Assembly: GCA_033720955.1 (NCBI GenBank)
Contig: JAWWBN010000003.1
Coordinates: forward strand, 1 to 44,697
From: Thermoanaerobaculia bacterium
GTDB taxonomy: Bacteria; Acidobacteriota; Thermoanaerobaculia; Multivoradales; JAHEKO01
Length of the DNA stretch: 44,697 bases
Direction of reading: 5' to 3'
Below are positions 27,301 through 36,018 of the stretch, piece after piece (position 1 is the first letter of the stretch; the number at the start of each line of letters is the position of its first letter). A program made the position numbers and the translations under genes. The notes under the pieces were generated by a model. It saw nothing but the letters and a program-made list of their open reading frames with translations. It ran no database searches and was not told the origin of the DNA.

Positions 27301-27460
27301 GATACTCGGTGAAGACGATCACCTGCACGTCGGAGAGATCCGGGATCGCGTCCACGCGGATCTCCCGCACCGCCCAGACGCCGGCGAGGACGGACAGCGC
27401 CAGCCCCACGGTCACCAGGAGCTGGTTCCGGAGGGACCACTCGATGAGCCTACGAAGCAT
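24284..27460 (-). CDS. cusA: CusA-type Cu(I)/Ag(I) RND efflux permease
   Basis: DAIPDLSDVQVI, LGPDATGVGW, NIMSLGGIAI, RIRPKMMT. Metal-site Met residues in LLYMPT, PLSMIET and RIDMLSTG. Confidence 0.95.
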   Translation of the reverse strand: MLRRLIEWSLRNQLLVTVGLALSVLAGVWAVREIRVDAIPDLSDVQVIVFTEYPGQAPQVVEDQVTYPITTKMLAVPYAKVVRGYSFFGFSFVYVIFDDGTDLYWARSRVLEYLSGLSRDLPRGVSPQLGPDATGVGWAFMYVLNSDRRSLAELRSLQDWYLKYGLSSVEGVAEVASMGGFVRQYQVEVDPVRLRAYDLPLARVKTAIQRSNVEVGGRLVEMSEREFMVRGRGYVREIRDLENAVLDVGPGGVPILLRDVANVTVGPEIRRGLADWNGEGETVGGIVVVRWGADTRSTVERVKERLAELRSGLPDDVEISVAYDRTGLIDDAIDTLTHTLVEEFVVVALVCLIFLFHVRSAFVAIVSIPVSILLAFLIMKWQGLGANIMSLGGIAISIGVLVDAAVIMVENAHKHYEEWRGERSRFEIILRSAQEVGPTLFFTLLVITVSFLPIFTLEAQEGRLFKPLAFTKTYAMAISAVLAVTVVPVLMYWFVRGRIYSEERHPVSRLLRFLYTPVLDRALSWRWPVVLATLVIVALTLVPLGRIGSEFMPPLWEGDLLYMPTTFPGISISKARELLQQTDKILRSFPEVETVLGKVGRAETATDPAPLSMIETTIVLKDPSEWRPGLTKDELIAEMNDAIQFPGVTNAWTMPIKTRIDMLSTGIKTPVGIKVGGSDLAELERIAKEIEAVVKPLPGTLSAYAERVMGGSYLDFDIDREAAARFGVTVGDVQDVIQSAVGGMNISWTVEGLERYPINLRYPRELRDNPVALEGILVSTPVGGHVPLGQLVDIRLRQGPPGIKSENARPNAWVYVDLEGIDVGSWVERAREEVARRVELPPGTTLFWSGQYEYMQRVQKRLWLIVPLTLALIFLILYLHLRSLVKTAIVLSAIPFSLVGSIWLIDLLDYDWSIAVGVGMIALAGLAAETGVVMLLYLDLAWERWTREGRMTSYSDLAAAVDHGAVQRIRPKMMTVLTILISLAPILWATGAGSDVMRRIAAPMLGGVVTSFVAELLVFPAVYFIWRSAGLTRGPLFPSRPGGRDGRSALTGARTGAG

Positions 27461-28931
27461 CGCCGCCTCCGCCTCCGCCGCCGCCGGCCGCCCGCTGCGC
27501 CAGCATCTTCTGGATCGCCGCCTGGAGGCTCGCCTCGGAGTCGATCAGGAACTGGGCCGACGTCACCACCCGCTCGCCCGGGGTCAGACCTTCCAGCACC
27601 TCCACCCGCCCCCGCTCCTGGTGCCCCAGGGTGACCTCGCGCGGCGCGAAGCGCCCGCCGCCCAGATCCACCACCACCACGTTGCGCTGGCCGGTGCGCA
27701 GGACCGCCAGCGCGGGCACCGTCAGCGCCTGGTGCGCCGCCAGGGGCTCGAAGGTCACGGTGGCGAACATCCCCGCCCGCAGCCGCCCCCGGGGGTTGGG
27801 CACCTCGAGCTTGACCCGCACGGTGCGAGTCTTCTCCGACAGCTCGGGCTCGATGAAGCGCACCGTGCCGCGGAAGGTCTCGCCGGGGAAGTAGGTGAAG
27901 GTCACCTTGGCCGGGGTGCCGGCCTCGATCCAGGCGAACTGGTCCTCGAAGACCTCCACCGAGAGCCAGAGGGAGGAGAGGTCGGCGATGTGGTACGCCT
28001 CCATGCCCGGCTTCACCGCCATCCCCTCGAGACCGGGGATCCGCTTCATCACCAGCCCGCCGGCCGGGGCCACCACGTCGAGGGTGCGGAAGATCTCGCC
28101 GGTCTCCTCGAGACGGGCGACCTGCTCCGCCGAGATGTCCCAGTAGCTCAGCCGGGTGCGGGCGGCGTCCACCAGCGCCTCGGCCCGCCGCCGCGCCTCC
28201 TCCGCCCCGGGGAAGGAGCGCGCGTACTCGATGGCCGACAGCAGCTCCTGCTCGGTCTGCACCAGCTCCGGCGAGTAGATCTCGAAGAGGGGCTGCCCCT
28301 TCACCACCGGCTCGCCCACGTAGTTCACGTAGACCTTCTCCACGAAGCCGCTGAACTTGGTGGTGACGGTGACCATCCGCTCCTGGTCGTACTCCAGGTA
28401 GCCCACGGTGCGGATCTCGTGACGCAGATCGGCCAGCTCGGCCGGCGCGGTCTGGACGTTCATGTTCTGGATCACCGAGGGGTCGATGCGCACGGCGCCC
28501 GAGGGGGCCGCGGCGGCCGCGGCCTCGTCGGCGTAGACGGGCAGATACTCCATCCCCATCTCGTCCTTCGTCGGCACGGGGGAGGTGACGGTCGGGTCCA
28601 TCGGGTTGCGGTAGAAGAGCACCTCGCGCTCGCCGGCCGGCGGCGCCGCCGGCCCGGACGCGACCGGAACGAGGTCCATGCCGCAGATCGGGCACTCCCC
28701 GGGGCCGTCCTGGAGGACGTGGGGGTGCATGGAGCAGGTCCAGAGCTCGACCTCTCCGGGCCCGGCGTCGGCGTCCCCCGCCGCGGGGGCACCGCTCGGC
28801 GGATGCCCCGGCGCGCGGCGCGCCAGATCCAGCGGATCCTCCAGCACGAGATAGGCGACCAGCGCGCCGGCGGCGATCCACCCCAGACGGGCGATCCAGC
28901 GCGGCACGAGACGGTCGGTGGCGTCGGTCAT
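27450..28931 (-). CDS. cusB: CusB-type RND periplasmic adaptor with heavy-metal-binding motifs
   Basis: WTCSMHP..CPICGMDL, YRNPMDP..KDEMGM, IYSPEL, LRAGMF, QFLIDSE. Confidence 0.92.
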   Translation of the reverse strand: MTDATDRLVPRWIARLGWIAAGALVAYLVLEDPLDLARRAPGHPPSGAPAAGDADAGPGEVELWTCSMHPHVLQDGPGECPICGMDLVPVASGPAAPPAGEREVLFYRNPMDPTVTSPVPTKDEMGMEYLPVYADEAAAAAAPSGAVRIDPSVIQNMNVQTAPAELADLRHEIRTVGYLEYDQERMVTVTTKFSGFVEKVYVNYVGEPVVKGQPLFEIYSPELVQTEQELLSAIEYARSFPGAEEARRRAEALVDAARTRLSYWDISAEQVARLEETGEIFRTLDVVAPAGGLVMKRIPGLEGMAVKPGMEAYHIADLSSLWLSVEVFEDQFAWIEAGTPAKVTFTYFPGETFRGTVRFIEPELSEKTRTVRVKLEVPNPRGRLRAGMFATVTFEPLAAHQALTVPALAVLRTGQRNVVVVDLGGGRFAPREVTLGHQERGRVEVLEGLTPGERVVTSAQFLIDSEASLQAAIQKMLAQRAAGGGGGGGGDAS

Positions 28932-30283
28932 GACGGGGGTCCCTCCAGGGGAGCGGCCACGGCCCCTTCGAGCCGCGCCCGGTCGATCGCGTAGTCGGCC
29001 GCGGCCCGCGCCACGGCGGTGCGGGCCGCGAAGAGGACGTGCTCCGCGTCCAGCAGGTCCAGGGCGTTCAGGGTTCCGGCCACATAGCCGGAGCGGGCGG
29101 AATCGAGCGACTCCCCCGCCTGGAGCAGCAGCACCTGCTCGAGCAGGCGGAGCTGGCGCCAGCCCAGCGGCAGCCGCCCGACCAGCTCGTCGAGCTGGCC
29201 GGCGATGTCGGCGGCGACACCGCGGCGCGCCTCCTCCGCCGCGCGAAGGCGCTCGCCGGCCTCGGCTCGGGCGGCCCGCAGCCCCTGCCGCCAGATCGGC
29301 AGGCTGACCCCGCCCTGGAGGCCGAAGACGTCGTCGCCGTTGCCGGGTGGCGGCTGGAGCCGCCCGGGCAGATCGTCCCGCGGATCGACCAGGGTGTAGG
29401 TCAGGCCGAAGCTGAAGTCCGGGCGCGAGCGACGCCGCGCCAACTCCTCCATCGCCTCGGCCCGCGCGACGCGGACCGCCGCCGCCCCGAGCTCGGGACG
29501 GTGGGTGAGGGCGGTGCGCTGGAGCGCCTCCCGGTCGAGCCTCGGCTCCTCGAGGGCCGGCAGCCGCGGCTGGGCGCCCAGGTCGCCCGCGGGACGGTCG
29601 GCGAGGGCCGCCAGAGCGGCCGCGAGCACCGTGCGCCGCCGCTCCAGCTCGAGCTGACGGCTCTGGATGCGGGTGATCTCAGCCTGCAGCTTGACCACCC
29701 CCTGTCCCGGTCCCACCCCGGTTGCGTACCGCGTGCGGGCGATCTCCTCGTGCTGGAGCAGGTGGCGCTCGAACTCCTCGTTGATGCCCACCTGCTCGGC
29801 GACGAAGGCCAGCTCGTACCAGAGCCGCCGGGCCTCGGTGACGAGCTCCAGCCGGATCGCCTCCGTCTCGGAGGCCAGCGCCTCCGCCTCGAGCGCCGCC
29901 GCCCGCTCCTCGAGCCCCAGCTTGCCGAACCCCGGCCAGCGCTGGGTGAGGGCCAGCATGAGCCGCTGCGGGCCGACGCGGGTCTCGGGGGGCGCCAGGA
30001 AGGCCGTGGACCCCAGCATGGGGTCGGGGAGGGCTCCGCGGCGAACCGCCTCGTGCGCGGCGGCCCGCGCCCGCGCCTCCGCCGCGGCCAGCCGCGGGTT
30101 GCGCGCCAGGATCTCCTCGATCCGCTCCCGCAGGCGGGGGTCCTCCACCGAGCGCGCGAGAAGCGCCGCTCCCCCCTCCCCCGGTGGCGCCGGGGCCGTC
30201 GTTTCACTGCTCCCCGCCGTCTCCGCGGCCGCGGCCGCGAGCAGCAGGGCTGCCGCCAGGTGGCGGCGGATCCTCCGCTCCAT
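28928..30283 (-). CDS. TolC-family outer-membrane efflux protein (CusC-like)
   Basis: ATG 30283 with an AAGGAG SD and signal peptide; LPDP, RYATG, SLPIW, YVAG..LDLLDA; 4-nt overlap with cusB. Confidence 0.9.
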   Translation of the reverse strand: MERRIRRHLAAALLLAAAAAETAGSSETTAPAPPGEGGAALLARSVEDPRLRERIEEILARNPRLAAAEARARAAAHEAVRRGALPDPMLGSTAFLAPPETRVGPQRLMLALTQRWPGFGKLGLEERAAALEAEALASETEAIRLELVTEARRLWYELAFVAEQVGINEEFERHLLQHEEIARTRYATGVGPGQGVVKLQAEITRIQSRQLELERRRTVLAAALAALADRPAGDLGAQPRLPALEEPRLDREALQRTALTHRPELGAAAVRVARAEAMEELARRRSRPDFSFGLTYTLVDPRDDLPGRLQPPPGNGDDVFGLQGGVSLPIWRQGLRAARAEAGERLRAAEEARRGVAADIAGQLDELVGRLPLGWRQLRLLEQVLLLQAGESLDSARSGYVAGTLNALDLLDAEHVLFAARTAVARAAADYAIDRARLEGAVAAPLEGPPS

Positions 30284-30287
30284 GCTC

Positions 30288-30367
30288 GATCTCCTTCCGT
30301 CCGGTCCCTCTCGCCCGGGCCGCGACGACCGCGGCCCTCGGGCGCACCTCACCCGCGGAAGGGGATC
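30288..30367 (-). promoter_or_regulatory. SD-sequestering stem between the leader ORF stop codon and the TolC gene
   Basis: mRNA arms GAUCCCCUUCCG (30367-30356) and CGGAAGGAGAUC (30299-30288) pair at 11/12 positions; inner GC hairpin at 30312-30344. Confidence 0.7.
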
Positions 30368-30710
30368 AGATCAGCAGAGATCGGAAGAGGGTGTAGAGCG
30401 GGCGGACCGCGGTGGGCGCCGGGAGGGCACCTCTCCTCGAGCCATCCGTCCGCGCCGGGGCCTCCGCGGCGGCGGCCGTCGCCACGACGGCCGGGGCCAG
30501 ACCGCGCAGCTCGGAGGGCGGCGGCGCCGGCGTGTCCCGGAGACAGCACTCGTCCGCCGTGAGCGACGGGCCGTGACAGGCCGGCTCCGGGCGGGCCCTG
30601 GACTCCATGGGGCAGCGCTCCAGCGCCTCGCAGGTCGCGAGGCCGCCGGCCGCCAGCGGCGAGGCCAGGGCTACGGAGAGGAGCACGAGGGCGAGACCAC
30701 GGCGTCTCAT
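30366..30710 (-). CDS. Small (114 aa) exported Cys/His-containing leader-like protein upstream of the cus operon
   Basis: MRRRGLALVLLSVALASPLAA signal, C..C..CH..CC cluster, Pro/Ala linker, ends RPLYTLFRSLLI. TATACT lies 7 nt before the ATG. Confidence 0.75.
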   Translation of the reverse strand: MRRRGLALVLLSVALASPLAAGGLATCEALERCPMESRARPEPACHGPSLTADECCLRDTPAPPPSELRGLAPAVVATAAAAEAPARTDGSRRGALPAPTAVRPLYTLFRSLLI

Positions 30711-30745
30711 CGCCCGAAGTATAGCGCCCCCGGACGGCCTCCGGC

Positions 30746-32740
30746 CTACTCTTCGGCCGGCGCCGGCTCGGGTCCGCGCAGGTCGGCCGGCTCGAACTCG
30801 GCGTCCACCTCCACCCGCTCGACCACCATCGACTCCAGCCGCGCCCCGAACTCGAGATCCACCCGGTGCGGCAGCACCAGCCCGTCCGCCTCGCGGAAGT
30901 CGTCGTAGAAGGCGCGCTGCCGCATGGGCTCGGGGAGCTGGGTGAAGTCCATGACCGTGCTGTCCACCGCCACCTCCAGGAAGCTCTCCGGATCCAGGTG
31001 CCAGATCTCCGTCGCGCCGTCCGGCAGGGTCAGCTCGACGTCCACGGTGGGGCGCCCCTCGATCTCGCCCGCCCCGGCCAGCGCCGCCGTCGCGCCCCGC
31101 TCCCGGTAGTCCAGGAGCGCCGGACCGAACCAGGCCTCGCGCTCGAACTGCCTCTTGTACGGGTCCTCCTCCACCCTCTGGGGCTCCGGGAAGAGAAGCG
31201 GGTGACGGCCCCAGGCGCCTCGCTCGTCGCGGGCGCGGATCGCCGGCCCGCCGAGCATCTCGAAGCTCAGGCGGTAGAGGTCGCCGCGGCGACGCAGCAG
31301 CTCGAAGGGGGAGACCTCGCTGAAGGCGGCGTAGCTGCCGCTCATCGCCAGCGAGGTGACCCGCCGCCACCGCTCCGCTCCGCCACGGGCCGCGACGTGA
31401 CGGGCGATCACCTCCTCCAGGTCGATCTGCGACGGCACCGCCCGCTCCCCCGCCGGCGGCGCCGGGGCCGCGGCCGTCACCGCCGGCACGGCCTCTCCCC
31501 CACCCACCCCGCAGACGTCGTAGGCCACGATCTCGTCGAAGTCGCGCAGATAGAGACGTCCGTCCGCCAGGCTCGGGGCGGTCCAGGCGCGGCCTCGCAT
31601 CGCGGCGATCCGCCCCAGCTCGACGTACGCCTCCGGCGTGGCGCGAACCAGCGCCAGGGTGCCGTCGTCGGCGAGCACGAAGAGCAGGTCGCCGGCGGCC
31701 ACCAGCGACCCCTTGCCCAGCCCGCGCTGGGCCCACCTGCGCTCCCCGGTGGCGGCGTCGAGACAGCGGAAGGTGGCGTTGTCGAAGCCGTAGAGGTGGC
31801 CGTCCACCACCACCGAGGTGTTGAAGTGGTTGCGCATCAGCCGCTCGCTCCAGACCTCCTCGGTGCGGAAGCCCTCCCCGTCGCGCAGGACCCGCACCAT
31901 CAGGCCGCCGAAGCCGTCGTCCGAGCTGGCGACGAAGAAGCGGTCCGGCGGCAGGAAGAGCGGGCTGACGATGATCGCCAGGCCGGCCGTGGGCTGCCGC
32001 CAGAGCACCTCCCCCGCCGTCGACAGGGAGACCAGCTCCGAGTTCACGCGGCGGAAGAAGACGTACTGGCGGACTCCGTGCAGCTCGACCGCGATCGGCG
32101 ACGAGTAGCCCGGAGGCCCTTCGAGGGCCCCCCAGCGCACCTCGCCCGTGGCCCGATCGAGGGCCACGACCCCCGGCGCCTCGCCCGGCTTGCCCGTCTC
32201 CAGCAGCAGCAGGTCGCCGTCCACCAGCGGCGAGACCGAGTAGCCGAACCGCGGCGGCCGCTCCTCGTCGCCCAGCAGGCTCCTCTTCCAGCGCACGGCG
32301 CCGTCGCCGGCCTCGAGGGCGGCGAGGACGCTCTGCGAGGAGACCACGTAGACCGTGCCGCCCGCCACCGTGGGAGAGGCGCGGGGCCCGTCCGCCGGGA
32401 AGGCCTCGCCGCTCGCCCCCAGAGATACGCTCCAGAGCCGCTCGCCGGTCGCCCTGTCGAGGGCGAGCGCCACCTCCTCGCCCCCCTCCAGGGCGAGGGT
32501 GTAGAGCCGGTCGCCGACGACCGTGATGCCCGAGTAGCCGCCGCCGATGGGACGCCGCCACAGCTCTCGCGGCCGCGTCTCCACCCAGGCCGGCAGCAGC
32601 CCCTCCGCAGCGCCCCGACCGTCCCGCCCCGGTCCCCGGAACTGCGGCCAGTCGTCGCCGGCGAGGCCGGGCCGGGGCGCCAGCAGAAGGCCGAGTCCGA
32701 GCAGGGCGAGGGCGAGAGGGCGGAGCGGACCGGTGCGCAT
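30746..32740 (-). CDS. Secreted PQQ-like beta-propeller protein fused to a C-terminal LolA-like/lipoprotein-sorting-like domain
   Basis: ATG 32740 with a GGAGG SD; DWPQFRGP; repeated ALDxxTGExxW; YSSP; WTAP..LYLR; then EEVIARHVAARGG..FYDDFREADGLVLPH. Confidence 0.85.
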   Translation of the reverse strand: MRTGPLRPLALALLGLGLLLAPRPGLAGDDWPQFRGPGRDGRGAAEGLLPAWVETRPRELWRRPIGGGYSGITVVGDRLYTLALEGGEEVALALDRATGERLWSVSLGASGEAFPADGPRASPTVAGGTVYVVSSQSVLAALEAGDGAVRWKRSLLGDEERPPRFGYSVSPLVDGDLLLLETGKPGEAPGVVALDRATGEVRWGALEGPPGYSSPIAVELHGVRQYVFFRRVNSELVSLSTAGEVLWRQPTAGLAIIVSPLFLPPDRFFVASSDDGFGGLMVRVLRDGEGFRTEEVWSERLMRNHFNTSVVVDGHLYGFDNATFRCLDAATGERRWAQRGLGKGSLVAAGDLLFVLADDGTLALVRATPEAYVELGRIAAMRGRAWTAPSLADGRLYLRDFDEIVAYDVCGVGGGEAVPAVTAAAPAPPAGERAVPSQIDLEEVIARHVAARGGAERWRRVTSLAMSGSYAAFSEVSPFELLRRRGDLYRLSFEMLGGPAIRARDERGAWGRHPLLFPEPQRVEEDPYKRQFEREAWFGPALLDYRERGATAALAGAGEIEGRPTVDVELTLPDGATEIWHLDPESFLEVAVDSTVMDFTQLPEPMRQRAFYDDFREADGLVLPHRVDLEFGARLESMVVERVEVDAEFEPADLRGPEPAPAEE

Positions 32741-32822
32741 GAGGGACCTCCTTCGATAGTCGGTCCGGCCGCGCGCCGCGCCCGGACGCGCCGATCCTAC
32801 CGCCCGGTCGCGGCCCTGGGGC

Positions 32823-34340
32823 TCAGGCCCCGGCGACACCGGCCGGGGAGCGGCCCCGGGGGCGCGCCGACTCGCCGCTCTCGGCCTCTCTGCGGATGCC
32901 CCGCAGCATGCCGCGGAAGACGAAGCCGTGGAAGGGCAGCACCGCCCCCCAGTAGAGCAGCCCCAGCAGCCCGCGCGGCTGGAAGCGCGCCGTCTGGATC
33001 AGACGGCACGGACCCAGCTCGCGGCTCTCGGCCTCGATCTCGAACTCGAGCAGCGCCTCGCCCGGCAGCTTCATCTCGGCCCGCAGGCTGAGCCAGCGGT
33101 CGGGCTCGATACCCGTCACCCGCCAGAAGTCCAGCGCGTCGCCGTAGGCCAGCTCGTCCGGGTCGCGCCGGCCGCGCCGCAGCCCCGGCCCGCCCATCAG
33201 CCGGTCCAGAAAGCCGCGGACCCGCCAGAGGACGTCGGCGGCGTACCAGCCGTGCCCGCCGCCGATCCGGGCGACGGCGCGGAAGACCGCCGCCGGGCCG
33301 GCCGCGATGGTGACCTCCTCGCGGTCCACGAAGGTCGTGCCGCCGGCCCAGTCGGGGTCGCCGGGAATCGGTCCGGCGTCGGACCAGGAGGTCTCGACGT
33401 CGTGGCGGGCGATCCTGCCGAGGGCCGCCTCGATCGACTCGCGCACCGTGAGCAGCCGCTGGGGCATGAGCCGGGCCGCGCGGTCGTCGCGCACCACCAC
33501 CGGGTTCCGCAGACCCTCGGCCAGCGGCCGGGCGATGTGCCGGCTGAGCGGCGTCACCAGGTGGATCCAGAGCGAGCTCAGCTTGGGGGTGAGCACCGGC
33601 ACCGGGAGGACGATCCGCCGGCCCAGGCCCAGGCAGTCGGCCATGAGCCGCATGATCTCGCGGTAGGAGAGGATCTCCGGGCCGCCGATGTCCAGCGTCC
33701 GGCCCCGCGTCTCCGGCGTCTGCAGGGTGGCCACCAGGTAGTGGAGGACGTTGCGCACGGCGATCGGCTGACAGGGGGTGCTCACCCAGCGCGGCGTCAC
33801 CATGATCGGAAGGCGCTCCACCAGGTAGCGCAGGATCTCGAACGAGGCCGAGCCCGAGCCGATGATCATGGCGGCGCGCAGCACCGTCACCGGCACGCCC
33901 CCCTCCGCCAGCGCCCCCTCCACCTCGCGGCGCGAGCTCAGGTGCTCCGAGAGCCCCTCGCCCGTCTCGCCCAGGCCGCCCAGGTAGACGATCTGCTCGC
34001 AGCCCGCCCTGGCCGCCGAAGCCGAGAAGCTGCGCGCCAGGTCGCGGTCGCGCTCGGCGTAGTCCTCGCCGGCGGCCAGCATGGAGTGCACCAGGTAGAA
34101 GGCGTGATGGCAGCCGCGCATCTTCTCGGCCAGGCTCGCGGCCCCCACGTCCCCCTGGACGATCTCCACGTCGGGCGAGTCGGCCCAGGGCCGCGCGTCG
34201 AGCTTGCGCGGGCTGCGGGCCAGACAGCGCACCCGGTAGCCCGTCTCGAGCAGGCGAGGCACCAGGCGGCCGCCGATATAGCCCGACGCCCCGGTCACGA
34301 AGACCGGGGCCCTCTCCGTCGCTGCCTGCTGCCGACTCAC
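32823..34340 (-). CDS. ybjT: Atypical SDR oxidoreductase with a DUF2867 domain (YbjT-like); start uncertain
   Basis: VFVTGASGYIGGRL, YLVHSM, HLSSRREV, IIGSGSASFE, GDALDFWRV, AEMKLPG, GLLYW. Confidence 0.88.
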   Translation of the reverse strand: MSRQQAATERAPVFVTGASGYIGGRLVPRLLETGYRVRCLARSPRKLDARPWADSPDVEIVQGDVGAASLAEKMRGCHHAFYLVHSMLAAGEDYAERDRDLARSFSASAARAGCEQIVYLGGLGETGEGLSEHLSSRREVEGALAEGGVPVTVLRAAMIIGSGSASFEILRYLVERLPIMVTPRWVSTPCQPIAVRNVLHYLVATLQTPETRGRTLDIGGPEILSYREIMRLMADCLGLGRRIVLPVPVLTPKLSSLWIHLVTPLSRHIARPLAEGLRNPVVVRDDRAARLMPQRLLTVRESIEAALGRIARHDVETSWSDAGPIPGDPDWAGGTTFVDREEVTIAAGPAAVFRAVARIGGGHGWYAADVLWRVRGFLDRLMGGPGLRRGRRDPDELAYGDALDFWRVTGIEPDRWLSLRAEMKLPGEALLEFEIEAESRELGPCRLIQTARFQPRGLLGLLYWGAVLPFHGFVFRGMLRGIRREAESGESARPRGRSPAGVAGA

Positions 34341-34426
34341 AACTCTTCTCTTCGCCACCCGCCCCCGCGCGGTTTCGACCCCGGACCGGCGGGCTCCTCG
34401 CCGTCGCCCGATGATAGGTTCCTCCA

Positions 34427-35797
34427 ATGAGTCTCGAGACCATCGACCCCTCCACCGGCCAGCCGATCGCCCGCTACGAGGAGATGGGCGGCGACGAGGT
34501 TTCCTCGCTGGTGGCAGCCGCCGCCGCCGCTCAGCGGGAGTGGCGGCGCACCCCCTTCTCGCACCGGGCCGCCTGCCTGCAGCGGGCCGCGGAGGCGCTG
34601 CGCGAGGGGGCGGCCGGGCACGCCCGGCTCATGGCCCGCGAGATGGGCAAGCCGCTGGCCGAGGGCCGCGCCGAGGCCGAGAAGTGCGCCTGGGTGTGCG
34701 ACCACTACGCCGAGCATGCCCAGGAGCTCCTCGCGCCCCGGCCCGCCGAGACCGACGCCGCGGCGAGCTACGTCGCCTACCGCCCACTGGGCGTGGTCCT
34801 GGCCATCATGCCGTGGAACTTCCCCTTCTGGCAGGTCTTCCGCTTCGCCGCGCCGGCGCTGGCGGCCGGCAACGGCGCCCTGCTCAAGCACGCCCCCAAC
34901 GTGCTGGGCTGCGCCGAGGCCATCGAGGGCGTCTTCCACGACGCCGGGATCCCCCGCGACCTGTTCCGCTCCCTGCGGATCGAGGTGGACGCGGTCGGGG
35001 ACCTCATCGAGGACCCCCGGATCCAAGCGGTCACCCTGACCGGAAGCACCCGGGCCGGCAGGGAGGTGGCCTCGCGGGCGGGCGCCGCGATCAAGAAGAC
35101 CGTCCTCGAGCTGGGCGGCAGCGACGCCTACCTGATCCTGGAGGACGCCGACCTCGAGCGGGCGGCGCGGGCGTGTGTGAAGAGCCGGCTGATCAACACC
35201 GGTCAGAGCTGCATCGCCGCCAAGCGGCTGGTGGTCGTGGAGGCGGTGCGCGAGCCCTTTGAGGAGCTGCTGATCCAGGGCATGCGGGAGGCGCGGATGG
35301 GAAACCCGCTGGTGGACCCGGAGGTGGACGTCGGCCCGCTGGCGCGGCTCGACCTGCGCGACAACCTGGCGCGCCAGGTGCGCGAGAGCGTCGAGGCCGG
35401 CGCCCGGGCGGTGCTGGGCGGCGAGGTGCCGGACGGTCCCGGCGCCTTCTACCCGCCCACCGTGCTGACGGGCGTGGGGCCGGGGATGCCGGCCTACCAC
35501 GAGGAGCTCTTCGGGCCGGTGGCGGCGGTCCTCCCGGTGGCCGACGAGGCCGAGGCGATCCGGGTGGCCAACGACACCAGCTACGGCCTCGGTGCCGCGG
35601 TCTTCACCCGCGACGTCGGGCGCGGGGAGCGGATCGCCGCCGACGAGCTCGAGGCGGGCTCCTGCTTCGTGAACGCCTTCGTGAAGAGCGATCCGCGGCT
35701 GCCCTTCGGCGGCATCAAGGAGAGCGGCTACGGCCGCGAGCTGGCGGCCGACGGCATCCGCGAGTTCGTCAACGTCAAGACGGTCTGGGTCGAGTAG
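34427..35797 (+). CDS. sad: NAD(P)-dependent succinate-semialdehyde dehydrogenase (Sad/GabD1-like aldehyde dehydrogenase)
   Basis: IMPWNFPFWQVFRF, LKHA, LTGS, LELGGSD, GQSCIAAKR, EELFGP, PFGGIKESGYGRE. Confidence 0.92.
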   Translation: MSLETIDPSTGQPIARYEEMGGDEVSSLVAAAAAAQREWRRTPFSHRAACLQRAAEALREGAAGHARLMAREMGKPLAEGRAEAEKCAWVCDHYAEHAQELLAPRPAETDAAASYVAYRPLGVVLAIMPWNFPFWQVFRFAAPALAAGNGALLKHAPNVLGCAEAIEGVFHDAGIPRDLFRSLRIEVDAVGDLIEDPRIQAVTLTGSTRAGREVASRAGAAIKKTVLELGGSDAYLILEDADLERAARACVKSRLINTGQSCIAAKRLVVVEAVREPFEELLIQGMREARMGNPLVDPEVDVGPLARLDLRDNLARQVRESVEAGARAVLGGEVPDGPGAFYPPTVLTGVGPGMPAYHEELFGPVAAVLPVADEAEAIRVANDTSYGLGAAVFTRDVGRGERIAADELEAGSCFVNAFVKSDPRLPFGGIKESGYGRELAADGIREFVNVKTVWVE

Positions 35798-35804
35798 GCG
35801 GCTG

Positions 35805-35990
35805 GTGGAGCCGCTCGAGGAGATCGAGATCTCCTGCCCCTACTGCGGCGAGCCGGTCACCCTCGCCGTCGAGGCCGACCTGGCCGGCGAGCTGGTGCAC
35901 GACTGCGAGGTCTGTTGCAACCCGTGGCGGGTCACGGTGCGGCGCGACGGGGACGGCGCCCGGGTCGAGGCCCACCGCCTCGACGACTGA
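35805..35990 (+). CDS. CPXCG-motif cysteine-rich small protein
   Basis: CPYCGE..DCEVCCNP, 61 aa. Confidence 0.85.
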   Translation: MEPLEEIEISCPYCGEPVTLAVEADLAGELVHDCEVCCNPWRVTVRRDGDGARVEAHRLDD

Positions 35991-36018
35991 GGGGCGCCGT
36001 CCCGTCCCGCGGCCGGGG

